A stretch of DNA of 64,000 bases from the human T2T-CHM13v2.0 reference genome, Homo sapiens, in the NCBI RefSeq assembly GCF_009914755.1, contig NC_060931.1, one strand, 5' to 3'. Made by a program: the position numbers and the translations under genes. Positions 12,948 through 31,639 of the stretch are shown piece by piece. Within the stretch, counting starts at the first letter, position 1. Every line of letters starts with the position of its first letter. The notes beneath the pieces were generated by a model, which saw only the letters and a list, made by a program, of their open reading frames with translations, ran no database searches and was not told the origin of the DNA.

Positions 12948-15677
12948 TAAGTTTTCCTTCGGGAGTTTTTTGGGGGGTTTTGGGAAGCTGAGAAATTTTT
13001 AAAACTTGGATAAAGGAATGTTTATTTTAATTCAGAATACATTGCTATTCTTGGTGAGCTTTTTTCTTTAAATAATGGACCAAAATAATCATGTCTATTC
13101 ACTAAGCACCATTAAAGTACAAATAAATCAGATAATATGTCTGTTTTGGATAGAATGAATCAAATTTTAGTACTTGCTTAACATAAACATTTTTACTCTA
13201 ATTAAAGATTTTATGTTGATTTTTTCTTTTAAACTGTGGTACCAGGAGAGCTCTATGGACCTTTCTGAAACATAGAACTAACCCTGGATCCTACACAATC
13301 CATGACAAGTCTCAACCATGAGAACCATGACCAGGGGCCTCCAGTAATCTTTGATGTTCTTCCCTATTCCTGGGTTAAAGATATTTTTGCCTGGAATGTA
13401 CTGATTTTATCTATTCTTAAGTAAAATCCCTTTCTGTTGATTATATTCTGTCTTTGAGTGAAATTTGGGAAGTGGGCTATTATGGAGAGAAGACATTTTA
13501 AGAACAGTGAGTGTGGTGAATATACTTTAGATACCCTTGAGAAGCAGCCACGCCCGCTCTGCGCTTCCTCTGCCTTCATGGCTGGGGTGGCAGTTCACTG
13601 CCTGCCAGCAGCTGCTGTTGGTTTTAGGATTGGCCAGATTCAGCCCAGCAAAACCATGTTTTCGTGTGAGAGTAAGTTTTTCCTTAGATGGGTATTGGTG
13701 GCGGAGGGGTTAGGCAGAAGAATTTCATTACCATTTCATTGGTAATGTAGATAGACTTAAGCTTTTTTCATGTTTACTTTCTCTATGGGCTACCTTATGA
13801 AACTCCCATCTGCCTGTAGTCCTGGAGTTTTTTGCTGGAATTTTTCTGGGTGAATTTAATTGTCTTCTGAATCATTTGTTATCCTTACAACTCCCAAGCT
13901 CCACAGAGCCTAATCTGAATGGAGGGGCATATGTTTTTACAAGAAAAAAAAAAAAGTTTTCTCTTTCTCCTCTGGAGTGGCTTCTAATTTCGTTGGAAAC
14001 AAAGGAGAAGGCACCACGTTTGGAAGGAAATGTATGAAGGACAGCAATGCCAGGTGCACGGCACCGAGGGAAGACCACTGCTCCCCTGGCAGAGCAGTCA
14101 CATGACGCTTGGGAGACCCCAGCAGATTGATAGGATTGACCTTCAGTTATTTTATGTTCATTCTTATAAAATACATTGATGTTGTCTGCATACTGATTTA
14201 ATTCACTTGCTAAATAGACCTTTCTTGACTAGTTGGTAAGCCGAAAAGTAGAAGCACAGCCCTACCATTTATTAGCTCTGTGGCCTTGGGCAAATTTCTT
14301 ACCCTCCCTAAGCCTCAGTTCCATATCTGGTAAACATCTCATATTGTATTTGCAGTAACAAGTGCAAAAACTCCTAACATAACGCTTGGCTCAGGGCTCA
14401 AAGCACAAATGGTGGCAACTATTAATATCAACATTATCACTCATGTAAAGATCTTGGAAACTGGGAATGGAAACAAATTTAGATTCTTGGAGTGGACCTA
14501 GAAGTTACCTCAGAATGTACTCAGTATTAAATGTGGGTAAATGTTTGTAAAGGAATACTGTGTTTTAAGGTTTTATTCTGGGAGGTATTTGATAAATTGG
14601 CTATCTTCAGTAACAGTTACAAGACATGTACTCTTTAGTTGGTCAAGGAAAATGCCCTTCCTCAGGAGTCTTTTTTTTTTTTCTTTTTTTTCCCGCTCCC
14701 CGCCTCCAGCCGTCTTTTCTTGACTCAGATTTAAAGAACACTGAAAGCTATTGGCTTGCTTTCTAAATTTTATTAACTGATTCGAGGAAACTTTAATTTG
14801 GAATGAAATCATATCAATAAATATTTAATCATATGGTAAGGAGAATATGGAAGATTTTATTCCCTCAGAAGGTGTTCCCCATAACAGATACACGGTAAAC
14901 TCCCAAAAACATAGTATCCTAAATGAAAATCATGAAATAAAGACAGCGTAACACAGGGAAGTCTTGGAGGAGGCCTGGGGAGCCCTGCAGTGTCATGGCC
15001 ATGTGCTGGGCATCTGACTGTAAGTTTGTTTATTTTCCTGCTCAGGTTGCTCCCCTTTGAAGAGTAGGCTTGTTAACGTGGTGAGTTTTTCTGGAGTGGC
15101 TGAAATGTTCTTTCTCTTCACCGTCTCAGGATAGCCCAGGGTCCTGGGGAAGCTGGGGGAGACCTGAAACAGTTGTTGCTGCACTACCTGGACTTCTCCT
15201 TTCCCACCCATTTTTCTTTCCTTCTCTCCCGCTCCATTGCTCCTCCAAGCTTTGGCAGTAACCACGGCGCCTTCGTGATGAAGCGCTCACTGCCCAGGGG
15301 CCGCCTGGAGTCCATAGAACAGGCAGTGTGAGTGGCACCATTTCTTACACTCTCCGTGTCATCTCCTAGGTAACCTGGGAGTTTCTCTAATTCTACACAG
15401 CATTTAGTTTAAATGTGCATCATTGCAAAACTATCTTTTTTTAAACTGTTTTGTGTTCCATGTGTTTATGTGACAAAGATGTTAACTAGTTAGAATGTTC
15501 CTAAAAGCATAATAGTGTTCTATACTTTCGCAGTATTGGGTTGGAACTTCTTTAAGTATGAACAAAAGAAGTTTCTAATAAATAATCTTAACAGTTAGTG
15601 TTCACCGAGGCACGTATTTAAGCGCTCACTTTATTCCTGTGGCTCGTTTGGAAACTCACACGGGCTGACTTTTGCAG

Positions 15678-15811
15678 GGTGACCTGAAGGCGTATCTGCG
15701 CAGCGAGCAGGAGCACATGCGGGGGGACTCACAGACCATGCTGCTGCAGAGGATGGCGTGCGAGGTCGCCGCGGGGCTGGCCGCCATGCACAAGCTGCAC
15801 TTCCTGCACAG
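15678..15811 (+). CDS. LMTK2: LMTK2 exon 7 ([11 protein letters not shown]...HKLHFLH)
   Basis: ttttgcag acceptor, gtgggt donor, 134 bp, phase 0 to 2. Confidence 0.97.
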
Positions 15812-16440
15812 GTGGGTACCTGCGTCAGCGGTGCACGCCCCACACAGCACCGGCGGGACAGTCCAGAGAGGCTGCCGAGTTTGTGAAACTTAAGGAGGAC
15901 AGGAGGTGGCAGAATGAACCCAGCTCATGTAGGTAGAAGCGATCTCGTTCTTACCCATGTCCGGATAAGGGTTGAGTTGGGCTTCATTGAAACCAGTACC
16001 AGGGAATAAGATGTCTTAATACATTTATTATTTCCAGCATTTCAAAGAATGTGAATAGTTGTACCTGCCTCAGAGTTGGGAGTAAACAGTCCCGATCCAC
16101 CGTATGACACCTCGCGTGTTTCATCCTTGCCACACCAGCTTTAGGCTTCTGGTGCCACCCGCCCGGTTTCATGGTGCATCCCAGTTCACATTCCTGAGAG
16201 AGGAAGAGAGAATCTCTAGGCCAGCAGCCTCTGTTTGCACAAGGTCATAGCACTGGTTTCTGGCCAGCTGAAGGGTGGGCTTCAGGTGCCCATTTGGAAG
16301 CAGAGGTGTCATGGGATCCGATCTGATGAGGCCCCCCGCTCCCGGGTGGGTAGTCAGGGGCTGCTTGTGAGCAGCACAGCGATCTGTGTAGCACATTTCT
16401 GTTGCAGCTTTTCAGGCCCCACTTGAATGACCATAGTTCT

Positions 16441-16544
16441 TTTTTTTTTTTTTTTTTTTGAGACGGAGTCTTGCTCTGTCGCCCAGGCAGGAGTGCAGTG
16501 GCACGTTCTCGGCTCACTGCAAGCTCCACCTCCCGGGTTCACGC
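16441..16544 (-). mobile_element. 5'-truncated AluY with 19-bp TSD
   Basis: cttgaatgaccatagttct / cttgaatgaccgtagttct flank a T-tail plus ~85 nt of Alu right arm. Confidence 0.9.
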
Positions 16545-16859
16545 CTTGAATGACCGTAGTTCTTTGGAACACGTTATATTTTGTTAAGATCATAGATGGT
16601 GATTTTCGTAATTAAAACACCAAAGGACTTGGAGTCCCGTCTCAAATGAGGAGTCTGTTCTGTGAACCCAAAAGGAGATTTCTGCTTATTCTCCTCTAGG
16701 CTTTTGAGCTGTGCTTTATGTTTAAAAACAACACAATACGTTTAAAATTATTTCTTAGGTCTCCAGGGAAACCAGGCAGTATTTCTTTAGTCAACTTTAA
16801 GTAAATCATTTAACTCTTAGTAATCCATTGACCTAAAAAGGAACACCTGTGTGTCTTGA

Positions 16860-17285
<426 letters not shown>

Positions 17286-17911
17286 TAGAGGTGTGTGTGT
17301 CTTAAACAGGCGTGGAAAAGTACCGTGCCTATCAGACTGTCAACATTCCTTCAAGGGGGGACAGAGGAAAATTATTAACCTTCTTCTTACACATTTATAT
17401 CTTGTTTGATTTACGATAGTAAACAAATCATTCTGGTAAAGTGTTTTTTTTTTTTTAAAGACTCAAAAAGTTACCAGTTTCTTAAGACCCAAAGCAGAAT
17501 CCCTTATATGAAGCTTTATAAAGATTTCGTAATGGAGAAAGCCTACATTTAGCTTTTGATGTCTTTTATAACAGGCTGTTATCTAGCATAATTTATATTG
17601 TTAATATATCTTACAAAATGCAGATAATTACTAATACTGGTATAGGAATTCTTAAATTTTGGAGAAGGGGGTTTAATTTTAAAAGAGCATAATATTGGAA
17701 TCAGCAATGTAAAATTATCAAAGACAACTAGAATCTGTATTTTTTAAATTGGCAAAGATATCAGAGTAAATAGTATTTTCCTGTGAGTTTCAAGTTAAAG
17801 TTTTACTTAATTTCAAATCTTGTGGACTTTAGAGCAAGTAAAGATGATGAGTAAATCACATAGTTTGGGTTTTATTCAAGTTCTAAAACTCAAGTTAAAG
17901 AAAATCCTTGA

Positions 17912-18311
<400 letters not shown>

Positions 18312-19999
18312 TTAAGATCTTTTTTGTCAGTAGCATATCATATAGTATATTTTTAAGTTGGAATTTAGAATATTTATTGGTTGACTTAAAGTAGGACTTC
18401 CTCTGTTGGTTGAAAATAGAACAACCTACATGTCCAATTAAAGTTCTTAGCTCCATTTGGAAACTAATCTAGTAAGGCACCCACAGTGAAGTTGTATTTC
18501 TACCTATTGTTTAAGAAGAGCCTTAACCTGGAGTCTGAGGAGCCTGTGTCTCTGAAGTCGTGCATGTGACTTTTGGAAAGCCATGTAAACAGCAGGCGCT
18601 GCCAGCTTGCTGCTGTGCCATCCCACTTGCCTTGCTGGCCTGGAGCCCAGGACTTCCTGTCCCCTGCCTGCCAGTCTCCTGAGCAGCCTGTCCGTGAGAT
18701 GCCACCAGGTCGCTGTGATGAGCTGAGCCAGGGGGTTCTCATGGGCGGCCTGCCTCCTCGCAGTGACTCATGGAGCTGGAGACCTGGAGGGGGTAGCCTT
18801 GCGGAGTACCTGGGTGACCATTGTGTACAAAAGAACCTCTATAGGATTTGCCAGGTTGTAGCGTTACAGTTACTTTCTGCTGTGCAACACTGGGGTTAGT
18901 GTGTAGCGAACTTCCACAGCCTGCAGAGTTCAATGACAAGGTGAGAGGTAGAGAAATGCATTTAAAATCCAGTGACAAGGTGAGAGACAGAGAAATACAT
19001 TTAAAATCAAAGCAAAGTGCACACCTGTTGCTCACTACCGCCCCAGCAGGAGAGTGGAAACGCATGTTCTCATTTGGCAGGGTGTTTGCCGTGTTCCATG
19101 CATTTGCAGAACGTTCTGTGAGTAGTGATTTGATCGTCAGGGCCACCCCACGTGCCACGAGGCAGGTGCCATTATTCATCCCAGTTACAGAGGAGAATAC
19201 TGAGGCTTGGGGTGCTGAGCGGTTGGTCTGTCTCAGCCACTCATTTGATCATTTGATGAGCAGTTTGTACCCACGTGCACATACCGTGTGTGGTCATTTC
19301 TGCAGGAGGAGGAAGAGTTACTTTGGGAAGAGTCCAGGTCGGTTTTTGGAAGGAGGTGGCGTTTTAGTGATCCTTGAAGAATGGGCATCAGTTGAAGGCT
19401 GGAGGACATTCAGAATTTCTGGAGAAGGGAGTAGCAAGATGATGTATATGGTAGGAGGAAGAGAAAGAAAGGGAGTTTAGGGAAATGTCAGATAGTCCAG
19501 TGTTACCAGAAAAGAAGACGCAGGAGAGAAGATAGTGGGAGATAAGAATAGAGACACAGCTTGAAACCAAATTACAGAGGGCCTGAGTGCCAAGATAAGG
19601 CCTTCAGGCTGTGTTCTGTAGGCAGTAGGATGGCATGCCCAGAGCTTTGTGTGTGCACGTGCGTGCATGTTTAATCACTATTGCACCTCAGCTTAGGCTG
19701 GTTTAGAAAGAGAAGGCACTACCTAAACGAAAACCAAACCGGAATTCATATATGGTGGGTGTCCATGAAGTTTCCTTATTTCCCTTTCTACATGGAAGAC
19801 TTGCTGAAGGCAGGGATTGTATCTTCCTGACCTTTGTATCTCCCATGATGTATGTCACACAGAAATGAGGAAGGCTTCAAGGGAAAGGAACCAGTTTGAC
19901 TGCAGCTACAACCCAAGAAGAGATGGAAAGACTGTAATCAGCCGAGTAGCTACACTGGGAAGGTGATTAAAGAGCTTTCATTTTAAAAGGCTCGAGGTC

Positions 20000-21620
<1,621 letters not shown>

Positions 21621-23707
21621 CAGGGTTTTTATTTATTTTTTATTTTTTTGAGACAGGGTCTCGCTCTGTCACCCAGGCTTGAGTGAGTGCAGTGGCACGA
21701 TCATGGCTCACTTGCTTGGCCTTGACTTCCCAGGCTCAAGCAATCCTCTTGTCTCAGCCTCGCAGGTAGCTGGGACTATACATATGCACCATCAGTGGTG
21801 GACCCTATTCCAGCCAGAGGCGTTTTCCCTAGGGTGTAATAAGAATTTCACACCCTGTGGAAGAACTCTGTGTACCCAAATCCTAGCAGGTGCCTGAGAT
21901 ACACACAGCAGGCACTCAGTAAATGTACCATTGCCCAGCTAGCAAAGACTGACCTAATAAGCAGGGCAAACACTGTCAAAACTCTAGTATAAAGTTGCCT
22001 CTGTGTGCTTTATCGGAATCCTCTTGTTTTAATCCTCTCCTGGTACGTCTCCATCCCATCTTAGAGTGTTAAGTGCAGAGTCCCTTCGGAAGCTTAAGTC
22101 TTTGTGGCTGCCAGAGTCAGAATGACGTGACGAGCAGAGGGAGGCTTTGGAATTGAAGTTTTCATTCACCTCTCATCAGCTTTACCAGTATAAGCCTGGT
22201 TATTTCATCCTTCGGAGCTCTATCTCTTCTATAAAATGGGGATCGTCTTTAAAGCCCTGGAGTGCTGTTGTCAAGATGGAGATAAAGTATGCCAAGCTGC
22301 TAGAAGAATATTCAGTAACTTTCCGGTATTTTGCTTCCTGTCTGTGAACTCTTCTTATCAGGAATCCAGATTACTCGGGAAAGCATAAGTAGTTCACATA
22401 ATAGAGGTGTGGATTATTTTGAAAATGCCTCCTGCGTGTTGAGTTTGCATTGGAGAACCCCGAAGACGCGCAAACTAGTCCTAGCGTGAGTGAGCAGCAA
22501 GCAGTGGTACTTCCTTGTGAATCGGGGTGGGAACCCTTCAGAACCGCGAGCTCCCACTTTCTGTCGATCGCTCTGCTCATGCGGCCCTGAGTCTCATGGT
22601 TACTGTGGTCTCAGTCACAGCAAGTGCTGCCAAGCTCAGGCGACGCTGCCAGAGCCTTCTGAGAGCCGGGCGGGGCTGGTGCCACTGGTAGCCTCATCCC
22701 TGGACATGTTTTTCAACTTGAAGGGAGAGCAGACTGGCTGTGTGTTTGCATTTCCTGACAAAAGCAGCCATTGACGTCAAGAGTTCCCTCTGTTGTTAAG
22801 AAGTGACACCTGTGTGTTTTTCTTTAGCTTTGCACGTTATTGGGCTTCAGATAATATTTATTTTTACCAACTTTGGCCCAAATTGTATCATTACTTTGAA
22901 TCTGTACAGCACTTTTATGTTTTCAAAACATTTCATGTATTTTTCAGTGTTACCCTTGCAACAGCCTTGTGAGTTAACCATTTCAAGTGCAACCTGTTGT
23001 TTCGTGAGGAAACTGAGGCTCCTCTGCTATGCATGTGACCAGCCCAGCATCACATGGTCTTGCAGCAGTGGAACTGAGATGAGCTCCTGGCCTCCTGACT
23101 GCCCAGGGCTCCCTCCCACTGCATTGTGGAGCCTGGGCACTTGGGGAGGAGTGGGGCAGGACCCAGTCCTGCCACTGTTTGCTTCCTCACCACCTCTGGG
23201 TTTCAGGTCATGAGAAGCATTGCCTTTTCCCCTGGGAACACCAGTTGCTTGCTTTCGAGTTTTATAATGAGAGCCAAGGACCTTCTGCAGGCGTAATTGT
23301 TCATCTTTTACCAAGCCTTTGCATTTCAAGTATCCAAAGACCTACGTGGAATGTTAGTATGGAGAGAGAAGAGGAGGGAGGGACTGGGACAGTCATCCTG
23401 CCATCCAGGAAATGCCTGAGCTCGACATCGCCCAAGCTAGCCTCAGGCTGCTGCCCCTGGCCTAGCAGGATGCGTGCTTGCCCTTGTTGGGATGCTGGCA
23501 TCCAGCTCCTTGTTCTGGTCTCAGGAGGGAGATGTCGGGAAGGTTCACAGGGTCTGTTTATAGACCCTAGAGGTGGTCGTTGGTGGTGCCCAGTGACGGA
23601 GCCTCTATTGGCAAAACCTGTATCTCTGCAGTCGCAGCTGTTGGCCCAGTGGATAGAGCAGCCTTACTTAAAGCATTTTCACTTTTCTGTCCTCATATGG
23701 CATGTTC

Positions 23708-23790
23708 CTCCTCCCTCTCTCCCTCCCTCCCTCTCTCCCTCCCTCCCTTTCTCCCTCCCTCCCTTTCTCCCTCCCTCCCTCTCTCCCTTG
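23708..23790 (+). repeat. (CCCT/CT)n pyrimidine microsatellite
   Basis: Directly visible. Confidence 0.9.
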
Positions 23791-25432
23791 CTTAATTCCA
23801 AGAAATGGGGACCAACATTCTTCTTACAATTAGAAGATTCTTTGTTGTTCATAACAGTGGAGTCACAGGTGTCCCAAGGTTTTTCCCAGGCAGTTCAGCA
23901 GGCCTGAAGGCTTCTGGATGGAGTGCAGAAAATCACTTGTAAGCACAAAGAGTGTGGCAAGTGATGTGAGGTAGCTAACTGGAATCCACATTGAGGACCA
24001 GCTGCGTGCTTGGAACAGCAGCTCCAAGTGTCACTGCATCATCGTTGAGAGTTATTGACGGTGAAAACACAAACATATTACCGAACACTACCTTGCTAGC
24101 TTTGTGGCCCTAGCGAAGTCACTTCAATTCTCTGCCTCAGTGTCCATATTTGTTAATGAGGAAAATAATAGTACCCACCTCACAGGTTTGTGGTGAAGAT
24201 TAAACACTTAGAGAAAACATAAAATGCCTCTTGTGAAGTAAGTATTTTTTGAATATTAGCCATGATTATGTTATTGAATCAATGTTATGTATCAAGCTGT
24301 TACCGAATTATATCGGTGTTAGCCGTTGCTGTCATCATCTCCATTATCCTTGTATTTCAGACATGTGAGCTTTGGAAATTAAAATCTTTGAAAATATGAA
24401 TGTGATAGTTTAAGTTTTTGGTCTTTTGCCTTTCTGTAAAGACATACATTTTGCACTATGGAAATTCAGCTTTGATATCTTCAGTTTACAACTTAAAACT
24501 ATAAATTAGGCCTCCTTTTCTATTTTAATTTAATGGCTTTTTTATTCGTATACCAGTTGGTGATTATAAAGACTCTAAGGGTTAAAGCCAAAAGCCAAAA
24601 AACTTAATCTGTTGTCTGTGTGGAAAGTTCCTTTAGAAAAAGTAGTTTTTACTTGTCAAATTGTGTGTTTTTGAAAATTAACTGTTTCTTAAAATAAATT
24701 CTATAATTGTTCTGTGTCTTGAAATATGCTCTTTACCTCCCTTGTGGAGAAGTAGAGAGTTTGGAAGTCATGAAAGTAATTTGGAAAGGGCCTGACTACA
24801 ACGCTTGCATATCTTTGAGAAAGGGGAAAAATAAACATTTTTAATAATGTGGATTATTTTTGGGTGCTTGAAGTTATAAATTATATTAATATTTACTTAT
24901 AACAGACTATTACTAGACTATTACTCAAGTAATACAAGCTGTAAAAAAAATTCACCAATTTTGCTAATAGCATTTTAGAGTTCCTTCTTAGTCACTCTGA
25001 AAATACAAGGAAACACTCTTTCAGGTCGGGCCGGGCCCAGCTGGTTCCGGTTCCGTGAGCGCCCGGCAGACTGAGGGAGAGAGAGAGAGAAAGAGGAGGG
25101 GAGGAGGAGGAGGATTCAGGGAATAGGAGCTGGGGAGCCCTTCTGCGGAGCCCTTCTGCGCCACAGTGATATCAGTATCAAGATAAAAGTGTGGAATGGG
25201 AGAAAAATTCTCAAAGCCTGAAAGAAAATCTGGAGATGCTGTTTTTCCAGCAGCTCAGTTGAGGGAGAACTTAGCTTGTGTTTCTTGATTCCTCTTCAAC
25301 TTCTGTTTGCAAACCAAGACTTGTGTTTGGAGAACTCTATTGTACTGAGCCTAAGTCATTTATGATCTATAACAAGAACATGCATTTTCACATGTCAACT
25401 AGATTTGTGGACCGGTAAAGTTCTCCCCAAAG

Positions 25433-25554
25433 AGATGGGCTCTCACCCTGCCATCCAGGCTGGAATAGTGGTGCAATCATAGCCCATTGTAGCCTCCATC
25501 TCAAGGACTCAAGGGATCCTCCCTCCTAGGCCTCCCAGGTAGCTGGGATTACAG
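25433..25554 (-). mobile_element. Antisense Alu arm lacking its T-tail and ending at GGGATTACAG (exonised-Alu footprint)
   Basis: agatgggctctcacc...gctgggattacag; no tail and no TSD. Confidence 0.8.
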
Positions 25555-28868
<3,314 letters not shown>

Positions 28869-29186
28869 AAAAAAAAAGAAAAGAAAAGAAAATACAAGGA
28901 AACAAGCCATACATCCGGTTTTAATGTAGAACGTGGTACAGATATGGTCAGTATTTAACCTGAGCTAGTTACTTGCCTAAAAGTGTGATCATCTTTATTA
29001 TTTAAGTGATTGATGACATATGTAATACTTCTACTATGAAAAAGAATTTTGAGAGGTTAATTCTTAAGCAGAGAGCTCAATATACTTACTCGGATCCCGA
29101 GAGAAAGCCCATTTCTGTGGCATTTCCATACAGCATGATCCTGGTTGTTGATTCTTCTTGCCATGTTCACTTCCCTCTGTTTTCAG

Positions 29187-29271
29187 TGATTTAGCCCTGC
29201 GGAATTGTTTTCTCACCTCCGACTTAAATGTGAAAGTGGGAGATTACGGAATAGGATTCAGCAGGTACAAG
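29187..29271 (+). CDS. LMTK2: LMTK2 exon 8 (catalytic loop DLALRN and DYG motif)
   Basis: ttttcag acceptor, gtaagc donor, 85 bp; [28 protein letters not shown]. Confidence 0.97.
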
Positions 29272-30001
29272 GTAAGCCAGAGGTTTAAATGTTTTCAGTC
29301 TGATTTAATTTGAATTGTGAAGTTGTAATGTCACCAAATGCCCCACTGTTTGTATAAGAATCTTAGTCGCTAGGCTTTCTGGAGAGGGATTTGCAGCAGT
29401 CATTTTAATGTGGTCTAGGCTTCTGGCGTGTGGCTTGTGTAAGTCTGCGGCTTTGCATCCGAGGTTTTGCAACAGCTTTCCAAAAGTTTCGTTTAAAAAT
29501 ATTTATAAACACTGTAAATGATGTAGTCTGATGGTGCATAATAAATTTTAGAGTGAACACATGAGCAACAGTAGTTATTATTACCTGTTATGATAAAATA
29601 TACATATCATATAAATGTTTCTCCATTACGTGGTCAGTAAAATTTCAGCTCATGTTCAGTAACCTGGGGATCTAGGTTTTTTTAACTCTGTCATGAATAT
29701 ATTCTAAAGGAAATAAGTGAAGAAGTCAATGAAGTTTCCATTTGTGTGTGTCTGTGTAGCCCCAGTGAATGAGGTAGAGCGTTCTGGGGCAGAGAATGGG
29801 ACTGTCCCAGCTCCGGGCTGTCAGGAGACCTCGGATAAGCCACTTGACCTCCATTTTCTTTTCCTTTCTTTTTTTTTTTTTTAAACGGAGTCTTGCTATA
29901 TTGCCCAGGCTGTTCTTAAACTCCTGGGTTCAAGCAACTTGCCTGCCTTGGCCTCCCAGAGTACTAGGATTACAGGTGTGAGTCACCCCACCCAGCCTTG
30001 A

Positions 30002-30494
<493 letters not shown>

Positions 30495-31012
30495 CCTGCA
30501 TCATCTCATTTAATCCTCACCGCAGAGGGGAGGTTTGTGTTCTCCTCACTTCACAGATCAGGAAAAAACTTCACAAAGTTGTTGCTTGCGTAGAATCACA
30601 TAGCTGGTAAATGGTAGAATGAGGACTTCAAACCCCGGTCTGTCAGAGTCTAAAGCCTACAGTCTTGCTCCCTAACTGGCTTCACTGTTCAGCGCATAAG
30701 TCCCAGTATATATTGTTTTAGTGTTTTGCTCAGAGTCTATGTTATATGCATCAGACACAGCGTACTTTCTTATCCAAGAAGGATGACTTAGCAAGCGTTC
30801 ATGGCTCGCAGATGAGGTCATGAAGCCCAGGAGGCTTCAGCAAAACTCCTTACCCACTTTCTGCCCAGAAAGTCACTCTTCATGCCTGCTTTTTTTTCTG
30901 ACCTGGTTTTTGGATTGGGTATATGTTTTCTGAGAATACCATGGATTTAAATTCTTGAACTCACCAAAAGTATAATTCTATTCAAAATTCTGTGTGCTTT
31001 CTAACAAAACAG

Positions 31013-31134
31013 GAGGATTATATTGAAACAGATGATAAAAAAGTTTTCCCTCTGCGATGGACTGCTCCAGAATTAGTAACCAGCTTTCAAGACAGACTGC
31101 TAACTGCAGATCAGACTAAGTATAGTAATATCTG
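31013..31134 (+). CDS. LMTK2: LMTK2 exon 9 ([20 protein letters not shown]...SNI)
   Basis: aaaacag acceptor, gtacgt donor, 122 bp; PLRWTAPE kinase motif. Confidence 0.97.
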
Positions 31135-31639
31135 GTACGTATTGGCTTACTGTTTTATTAGTCATTTCTTTGGCAAAGTCCTAACTTCTTCCTCTTTGAG
31201 TACTTCCTTAAAGGAAAGTAGTTGTATAAGATGTAGGAACAAAAGAGTATCTGATGGTGTGAAAAAGACAGTTTAAAAGACACAAATAGTAATTATCACA
31301 ATTGTGGTGATGGAGTTAACGTTTTGAATACTGCCCCTGCTACCCATTTTCCTTTAGAAAAGCAGGAACCAAGTCTGTTTCATATTCTGTGCCTCCCACA
31401 GGGCCTGACATGTAATAGATATTTAATATGTATTTATTGAAGTGAAAGAAGAAACTGAAAGCGGTGTGGACTATCATGTTTATACTATGATTTATAGGAG
31501 TCAGTTTAATGGGAGCTAAAAAGATGCACCTAAAACTTTGACTAACAATTTCTGTCACAGCCTTCTTAATTTATAGCTATGTTTTATGTGCTGTTGTCCT
31601 GCTTTTTTTTTTCTCTCCTTGCTTTCTTTTGGATTGATT

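Noticed and set aside
18848-19480. 210-aa ORF
   Set aside because: Non-ATG start, includes a tandem duplication and MIR-like sequence, no protein-like features
23179-23907. 242-aa ORF
   Set aside because: Non-ATG start, runs through a (CCCT)n microsatellite, no recognisable homology
29187-29271. DYG in place of DFG and HSD in place of HRD as signs of a pseudokinase or mutation
   Set aside because: Normal for the LMTK/AATK family
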